Part shown: in pieces, positions 57,471-64,000 of the stretch
How positions within the stretch are numbered: the first letter of the stretch is position 1
Layout: the number at the start of each line of letters is the position of its first letter
Source of the DNA: Gammaproteobacteria bacterium
Lineage (GTDB): Bacteria; Pseudomonadota; Gammaproteobacteria; JACCXJ01
Assembly (NCBI GenBank): GCA_050740455.1
Contig: JBOIDF010000009.1
Location: 91 to 64,090, forward strand
Direction of reading: 5' to 3'
Length of the DNA stretch: 64,000 nt
The notes under the pieces: model-generated
What the model saw: only the letters and a program-made list of their open reading frames with translations
Database searches by the model: none
Told to the model about the DNA's origin: nothing
Translations under genes and position numbers: made by a program

Positions 57471-59333
57471 ATGGATACTCCCGAAGATATCGACTCAGGC
57501 GACGAACGCTCGCAGATTAAACAACTCATCGCAAAAGGGAAGGAGCAAGGATTTCTGACCTATCACGAGGTCAATGACCACCTCCCGGAGGGCATCGTCG
57601 ATCCCGAGCAAATCGAGGACATCATCGGCATGATCACGGACATGGGAATCGAGGTCCATGAAACGGCGCCCGATATCGAATCCCTGCTGTTGGCCGATAC
57701 AGCGATCGCCGCCGATGAGGATGTCGCGGAAGACGCCGCAGCCGCCTTAGTGCCTGTCGACGACGAGTTTGGCCGCACGACCGATCCGGTTCGCATGTAT
57801 ATGCGCGAGATGGGCACGGTTGATCTGCTCACGCGCGAGGGTGAGATCGCGATCGCAAAGCGCATCGAAGAAGGGCTCAATCAAGCACTCTCGGCGCTCG
57901 CTGACTTCCCTTACATCGTCGAAAAACTGCTGGCTGAATACGGCCAGGTCGAGGCCGGCGAGTCGAAACTAAGCGACGTGCTCAACGGTTTCTCTTCCGA
58001 AGAGGTGCTAAAGGCCGGCGAATTGAAGCCACCGATCGCTCCGGCGAATGTTCGCCCCCTAAAAGACCAGGATGAGGAGGCCGAGGAACGAGAACAGGAC
58101 GACGAGGCGGACCCATTGAGTTTCGCTTTGAATCCCGAGGAGGTCAAAGAGAGGTTTGTTGCCCTTAAAAAAATGCACCAAAAGATCCTCAGCGCGGTAA
58201 AGAGAAACGGGCGCAATGATCCCAAGACCAAAAGGCTGCGAGACGGCCTTTGCGTGCACATCCTCGAGTTTCGGTTTGTACCCAAGCTTGTCGATAAGCT
58301 CACGAGCGAAGTTCGGCAAATCGTCGAGAATATCCGCATGCTGGAACGGGAAATCATGGAGATTTGCACGCAGCGTGCGAATATGCCACGCAAAGACGCA
58401 ATCAGCTCGTTGCAGAACAACGAGACCAATCTCCAATGGACGAAGTCCTTAGGGCGTTCGCGTAAACCGTGGGCGGCCGCCATCAGGGCACACGATGATG
58501 AAATCGTCCAGGCGCAAAAGAAGCTCGCTGCCACTGAAAGAAACACAGGACTGACGATTGTTGAGATTAAGGACATTAACCGCCGTATGTCGATTGGGGA
58601 GGCAAAAGCACGTCGTGCAAAGAAGGAAATGGTTGAGGCAAACTTGCGGCTGGTCATCTCGATTGCGAAGAAGTACACCAACCGCGGGTTGTTGTTCCTG
58701 GATTTGATTCAGGAAGGAAACATCGGTCTGATGAAGGCGGTGGATAAATTCGAATACCGGCGGGGTTACAAATTTTCCACCTACGCCACCTGGTGGATAC
58801 GGCAAGCAATCACTCGCTCGATCGCCGACCAGGCCAGAACGATTCGAATTCCCGTGCATATGATTGAAACAATCAACAAGCTCAACCGCATCTCCCGCCA
58901 AATCGTCCAGGAAATGGGCCGGGAGCCGACCCCCGAAGAGCTCGCCAAGCGCATGGAAATGCCCGAGGAAAAGATCCGCAAGGTATTAAAGATCGCTAAG
59001 GAACCGATCTCTATGGAAACCCCCATCGGTGACGACGAAGACTCGCATTTAGGGGATTTCATTGAAGACCAAAACACCCTGATGCCGGTGGACCTCGCTA
59101 CCTTCGAGGGCCTGTGCCGGACGACACGGGAAGTATTGGCAGGATTAACTCCGCGTGAAACCAAGGTATTACAGATGCGCTTCGGAATCGACATGAACAC
59201 CGATCACACCTTAGAAGAAGTAGGTAAGCAATTCGACGTCACACGGGAACGGATTAGACAAATTGAAGCCAAAGCGCTGCGGAAACTGCGCCATCCTTCC
59301 CGTTCGGAACAGTTGCGTACCTTCCTCGATTAA
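57471..59333 (+). CDS. rpoD: RNA polymerase primary sigma factor sigma70
   Basis: [69 protein letters not shown]. Confidence 0.99.
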   Translation: MDTPEDIDSGDERSQIKQLIAKGKEQGFLTYHEVNDHLPEGIVDPEQIEDIIGMITDMGIEVHETAPDIESLLLADTAIAADEDVAEDAAAALVPVDDEFGRTTDPVRMYMREMGTVDLLTREGEIAIAKRIEEGLNQALSALADFPYIVEKLLAEYGQVEAGESKLSDVLNGFSSEEVLKAGELKPPIAPANVRPLKDQDEEAEEREQDDEADPLSFALNPEEVKERFVALKKMHQKILSAVKRNGRNDPKTKRLRDGLCVHILEFRFVPKLVDKLTSEVRQIVENIRMLEREIMEICTQRANMPRKDAISSLQNNETNLQWTKSLGRSRKPWAAAIRAHDDEIVQAQKKLAATERNTGLTIVEIKDINRRMSIGEAKARRAKKEMVEANLRLVISIAKKYTNRGLLFLDLIQEGNIGLMKAVDKFEYRRGYKFSTYATWWIRQAITRSIADQARTIRIPVHMIETINKLNRISRQIVQEMGREPTPEELAKRMEMPEEKIRKVLKIAKEPISMETPIGDDEDSHLGDFIEDQNTLMPVDLATFEGLCRTTREVLAGLTPRETKVLQMRFGIDMNTDHTLEEVGKQFDVTRERIRQIEAKALRKLRHPSRSEQLRTFLD

Positions 59334-59347
59334 CGGTTGATGGCCGC

Positions 59348-59424
<77 letters not shown>

Positions 59425-59519
59425 TAAAATCAATAGCTTATAGAAACACTTGATTAATTGCCTGGCCGCTCGGTACAATTGCGGTACAGTGATACGCTGC
59501 GCTGAAAGGAGAACGGCCC

Positions 59520-60563
59520 ATGGCGACCCTCGTTAAGACCCCCTCCGGGACCTGGAAGGCCATCGTCAGAAAGACCGGCTGGCCCCAGGTCATCAAGACC
59601 TTCAGGACCAAGCGCGACGGCGAGGACTGGTCGCGGCGCGTCGAGGACGAGATGGTCCGCGGGGTGTACATCGACCGGGCGCCGTCTGAACGGATGACCC
59701 TGACCTCTGCGCTCACCCGCTATCTCACCGAGGTGACCCCGTCGAAGAGGGCGAGCACCCAGTACGCCGAGCGCCGGAAGGCCAAGCCGATCTTCGAAAG
59801 GCTTGGCGACTACTCGCTCGCCGCGATCACCCCAGAGATCGTGGCCTGCTACCGCGATGACCGACTGTCAGAAGGGAGGTCCAATACCACGGTGCGTCTG
59901 GAGCTGGCCATCCTCAGTCACTTGTTCAATACGGCAATCCGCGAATGGGGGCTGGGTCTGGTCTATAACCCGGTTGCCAACATTCGCAAGCCTACGCCTG
60001 CAGACGGCCGCAATCGCCGCCTGTCTCCCGACGAGGAAGAACAGCTACTTTCCGCGATTTTCCAGCATAGCAACCCAATGTTGGACTGGATAGCGAGGAT
60101 TGCCCTCTATACCGGCATGCGCCAGGGCGAGATCTTGAGTCTCTACCGTGACCAGGTGGATATTCAACGCCGCGTCGTGCGTTTGGACAAGACCAAGAAT
60201 GGCGACGCCAGGACAGTACCATTGTCAATTCATGCGGCGGAAGTGTTCCGCGAGGCGCTCGAACATCCGATGCATAAGCTGGTCGATACGCCCTTGCTTT
60301 TCTATGGCGAGCCGGGACGAGACGGGAAGCGTAGACCCTATGTGATCCACAAGGTCTGGGCGCAGGCCAAGCTTCGTGCGGGTCTCCGCGACTTTCGTTT
60401 TCATGACCTCCGGCACGAAGCTGTTTCCCGTCTGGTCGAGGCCGGATTGGGTGATCAGGAAGTCGCAACGATATCGGGCCATAAGTCGATGCAGATGCTC
60501 AAACGCTATACGCATCTTCGGGCCGAGGATCTCGTGGCGAAGCTGGACAAGGCGTTTCTGTGA
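59520..60563 (+). CDS. Tyrosine recombinase / integrase (Rci-like, tRNA-associated)
   Basis: All catalytic residues present: TGMR, TKNG, HDLRH, SGH, RYTH; N-terminal arm-binding-like region; begins 95 bp after the tRNA. Confidence 0.93.
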   Translation: MATLVKTPSGTWKAIVRKTGWPQVIKTFRTKRDGEDWSRRVEDEMVRGVYIDRAPSERMTLTSALTRYLTEVTPSKRASTQYAERRKAKPIFERLGDYSLAAITPEIVACYRDDRLSEGRSNTTVRLELAILSHLFNTAIREWGLGLVYNPVANIRKPTPADGRNRRLSPDEEEQLLSAIFQHSNPMLDWIARIALYTGMRQGEILSLYRDQVDIQRRVVRLDKTKNGDARTVPLSIHAAEVFREALEHPMHKLVDTPLLFYGEPGRDGKRRPYVIHKVWAQAKLRAGLRDFRFHDLRHEAVSRLVEAGLGDQEVATISGHKSMQMLKRYTHLRAEDLVAKLDKAFL

Positions 60564-60898
60564 AGGTAGAGGAGAAATCCTACAATCTTCACTTTAGTAA
60601 ACGGCCTCAATGAGTAACTACCGTTAGAGGTAGCGCTTCTTTCTTGCCCACCTGGAATCCCGCAAAGGACGATTGCGGGCCTGATTCGACTTGCTGAGCG
60701 CGTTACTTGAGAGGCGCGCTGGACGATCGTCATCGTGCGCCGCGCAGTCGTGCGAATAGAAGCGCCGCAGAAGCCTTAATGCACCATTCGCACTGGCTCG
60801 TTAATCTATAGCGATGACAGGACCGAACGGATCAAAATAAATACTCAGTGATGTAAGAGCGCACGTGACATCCGCAAGCTAGAACGGGAGGAGCAATC

Positions 60899-61717
60899 AT
60901 GACGACCATCAACGATCTCAAGGGATTTTGTTATCCCCTCACACCCGGTGGCGTCTCTTCGCTCGTCGGCGATATGCCTTGGCACTACGCCACAGAATAT
61001 CTAAACATTGCCTATCGCACCGACCCCGCGGCGATCACCGCCTACCTACCCGAACCGCTTGAAGCGGGTCCCGAACCCGGCCTGGCTTATGTTGCCTTTA
61101 GCAAATGGTGGGCGCTCTGGGACAGCCAACCGGATATGGCGTTCACGAATCCTGAGCGTACCCAGTACAAAGAATGCGCTATTTGGGTGGGGTGTTCGTA
61201 CCAAGGTACGCCAGGGCAGATTTGCTTGCAGATTTGGGTCAACAATGATTTTACGATGGCTCGCGGGTGGTTTATGGGCTTTGCGAAGAAGCTCGGTCAG
61301 ACCTATATGACCGAGTACCATCCGTTGAATCCGATGATGCCCTCGCTGGGGCCAGGCGCAAAGCTGAAGGCTTATGTGTGCGCCCACGGGGAACGGCTCA
61401 TCGAAGGCACGATGGAAATTGAACAGAGGATCACCCGGTCTGAACTCCCCAGGCCGATGGGGTTGCCGCTATTTCACATTCGGCATTTCCCGAGTGTGGT
61501 ACGCGGCGCTCCACCCTCGGTGCTCGAGCTAGTGAGACTCGGGGCCGAGAATATCCGCTACAGTGAGGACATATGGGCAGGCAAGGGAGATCTCAGGTTT
61601 TTCCCTTCAGACATCGAGGAACACATGATGCTCGCTCCGCAAGAAATCGTTGGCGCTTATCATTTCAACTCCGGGTATACCTTCCCGGGCGGGGAAGTGT
61701 TGCATCGTTGGGTGTAG
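60899..61717 (+). CDS. Acetoacetate-decarboxylase-like superfamily enzyme (MppR/Swit_4259-like group)
   Basis: YPLTP.G.SSL...PWHY, QYKEC, RGWFMGFAKKLG (Schiff-base Lys); GGAGGAG RBS. Confidence 0.85.
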   Translation: MTTINDLKGFCYPLTPGGVSSLVGDMPWHYATEYLNIAYRTDPAAITAYLPEPLEAGPEPGLAYVAFSKWWALWDSQPDMAFTNPERTQYKECAIWVGCSYQGTPGQICLQIWVNNDFTMARGWFMGFAKKLGQTYMTEYHPLNPMMPSLGPGAKLKAYVCAHGERLIEGTMEIEQRITRSELPRPMGLPLFHIRHFPSVVRGAPPSVLELVRLGAENIRYSEDIWAGKGDLRFFPSDIEEHMMLAPQEIVGAYHFNSGYTFPGGEVLHRWV

Positions 61718-62791
61718 CGGGCTCCCCGTGGATCATACGTGCCTACTACCAGCGCGGTCGGGATTTGTACACCGTGGGACCCGCGGCACCCTCCTAGACC
61801 ACGGTCAACACGTTTCCTGCGTGTGACACCCGGCTCGCTGTGCGAAGCCGCCCGCGTCGAACGGGTTGGCGATTATCGATCAGGACGGAGGACAGGGTAG
61901 TCAGGAATTCCAGCATGACATCATCGGCCTACTTGAACACAGGCTTGCAGGTCAGCGTTTACGGTTTCGCCTGAAGCCCGGTATTGAGGGACTGCTTTAC
62001 GCCTGACCAGTCGCAAACGGCCAAAACTTGCCATTCAGCCGAGGTGCGACAACCTGGCACAGAACGAGTGGCGACTCGAGCCGCCACTTTCGGCCTCCGA
62101 ATACGACGTCGATACCGCGGACATCGCCAACCCAGAAGTCGAAGTCTCTGCACCCCTCTTGTACGTCGATCTCCAAAGATGTGATCGGTTGATATGCAAC
62201 AATCTTGTCGCGCCCAACGCTCCTCATCTCTATTTCTTCCCTGGACGGATGTAACGTCACTAGCGCGAAATACGATAAGCGAGGCTTCGTATTTCGCGTG
62301 TCACCTTTATTTAAATTATTAGGACGCTAACCGGCACTCAGATCACGAGCCATGCGGATCGCGGCTTCAATGCCCTGATAATAGCGAGGGACATGAGCGA
62401 CACAGCGATATCCCAGCGTTTGGTAGAAGGCGCGGGCACCCTGGTTACTGGCGCGCACTGCCAGATAGACAACGAAGCTACCGGCCACCGTGCAGGATTC
62501 CTCAAGCCAGCGAACGAGACGTCGGCCGAGGCCTGCACGACGGTACCTCGGGTCTACTGCTAAAGTTCCAAATGCGCCTCCTCTTCAAGGAATTCCATGA
62601 TGGCAAAGCCCCGCATCCGTGGGCCATCAGGCGCACTCAAGACGACCGTAGCAGGACACTGAATCGATCGTCTCACTCGATCCGGTGTCCACGACCAACC
62701 GAGGCCCACCTCAACGAGGTCGCGTGACATGCGAGCGATCTGCTGGGCATCAGCGAGTTCCGCTAGTTGGGCTCTGGCATTTCATTCCAAT

Positions 62792-63976
62792 CTACCGTTG
62801 CGTATCAACCGCTGTCAGCGGCGGCGGGTCATGGCTAATATCGCGGTTTCCGTCAGGCCAGACGGCAGGCGTACTGAGGTCGCCAACGTACCGCGACGGC
62901 CTAAGCGACTTGACCCTAATCCCGAGCAAGCGTAGTTTTCGATCTAGCGCTACCCGCTGAAGACAGGTTCGCGCGGCAGCTCGGATGGTCTCCGGATCCG
63001 CCGTCGCTTCCTCTAGCGTGACGTCGCGGGTCACTGTCCGGAAATCATCATAGCGGAGTTTGATACCGATGGTCTTCCCGAGGTAACGCTTACGGCCGAG
63101 ATCGCCACTGACGCGCTGGCACAGCCCCAGCAGGATGTTGGACAGGGCCGCTCGGTCGCGCTTGGGATGCAAATCGTCTTCGAACGTGGTTTCGCAACTA
63201 ATGGACTTGGGCTCTCGGCGCGTGACCACCGGGCGTTCATCGCGTCCGTGGGCGGCGTCCGTCAGCCAAATCCCGTAGTGCAGGCCAAACCTCGCTACCA
63301 GCATTGCGGGATCCGAGTGGGCCAAGTCGCCAACGGTGTGAATACCGAGTGCCTCGAGCTTCGCACTCGCCTTCGGGCCGATGCCGCTGATGCTCCGCGC
63401 CGGCAGCGGCCAGATACGGGTGGGGAGATCTGCATAGGAAAGTACCGTCAATCCGTCCGGTTTCTGCAGCTCCGAGGCGAGCTTGGCGAGGAGCTTGTTG
63501 GGTGTGATCCCAATGGAGCAAGACAAACCGGTTGCGCGTCGCACTTTGCTCTTGATGCGCTGCGCGAGTTCTACGGTGTCACCGGGAAGCTTGGTCAGAT
63601 CGATATAAATCTCGTCGATGCCACGGTCTTCAATTTCCGCTGCGATTTCGGCGACGGCCGCTTTGAATAGCCGCGAGTAATGTCGATAGTGTTCGAAGTC
63701 CGCCGGCAGCAGGATTGCGTCCGGTGCGAGTCTGGCGGCTTTCATGATGCCCGTGCCTGAGTGAATGCCGAATGCCCGCGCCTCATAGGTCGCGGTGGTG
63801 ACGACACCCCGGCCAACATAGTCACGAAGGCGAGGAAAGGTGTCCACCGTCCGGACGTGCCCGTGATGCCGACCGCCAATCACCACTGGCAAGCCTCTGA
63901 GTTGTGGATAGCGCAAGAGCTCCACCGATGCATAAAAGGCATCCATGTCCAGATGGGCGACTTGTCGCTGCATCAA
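62792..63976 (-). CDS. dinB: DNA polymerase IV (Y-family)
   Basis: HLDMDAFYASVE, TATYEARAFGIHSG, GIDEIYID, KLLAKLASELQKPDG, GIGPK, KSISCETTF, LRLLGIR. Confidence 0.96.
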   Translation of the reverse strand: MMQRQVAHLDMDAFYASVELLRYPQLRGLPVVIGGRHHGHVRTVDTFPRLRDYVGRGVVTTATYEARAFGIHSGTGIMKAARLAPDAILLPADFEHYRHYSRLFKAAVAEIAAEIEDRGIDEIYIDLTKLPGDTVELAQRIKSKVRRATGLSCSIGITPNKLLAKLASELQKPDGLTVLSYADLPTRIWPLPARSISGIGPKASAKLEALGIHTVGDLAHSDPAMLVARFGLHYGIWLTDAAHGRDERPVVTRREPKSISCETTFEDDLHPKRDRAALSNILLGLCQRVSGDLGRKRYLGKTIGIKLRYDDFRTVTRDVTLEEATADPETIRAAARTCLQRVALDRKLRLLGIRVKSLRPSRYVGDLSTPAVWPDGNRDISHDPPPLTAVDTQR

Positions 63977-64000
63977 ACCGCCGCTTGGGTGAGGGGGAAA

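Noticed and set aside
61960-62700. Short ORFs in the island between the ADC-like gene and dinB
   Set aside because: No recognisable motifs, RBS or consistent frame; possibly decayed genes but unsupported.

Overview
Gammaproteobacterial-type chromosome segment, judged from the conserved folK-folB / plsY / tsaD / rpsU-(yqeY)-dnaG-rpoD-tRNA-Ile(CAT) block at 52.4-59.4 kb. 1-28 kb is a GC-rich accessory patchwork. It holds a bufferin-type MNIO RiPP operon (bufA2-B-C), a patatin/methyltransferase/deacetylase/GT2 block, CaCA antiporter, cstA, NAD-dependent formate dehydrogenase, glgP, malQ, an esterase plus PQQ-type dehydrogenase pair and a TetR-EthD module, mixed with many deleted or frameshifted pseudogenes. 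About 28.5-50.5 kb is a visibly less GC-rich surface-polysaccharide region: two sulfotransferases, gmhA, hldE, GT9, GT4s, two methyltransferases, a Wzy-like polymerase and an epimerase. It is riddled with IS remnants of many families and with internal duplications. The most striking element sits inside this region. A clear c-di-GMP-I riboswitch with a plausible anti-Shine-Dalgarno platform lies directly upstream of a secreted multi-domain clan GH-A glycoside hydrolase, suggesting second-messenger-gated remodelling or release of the cell's own glycan (inference). Two non-autonomous MITE-like families and REP-like palindromes recur across the window. After tRNA-Ile an intact tyrosine integrase begins a genomic island carrying an ADC-superfamily enzyme and dinB. 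All calls come from motif recognition by eye; no database searches or folding programs were run.
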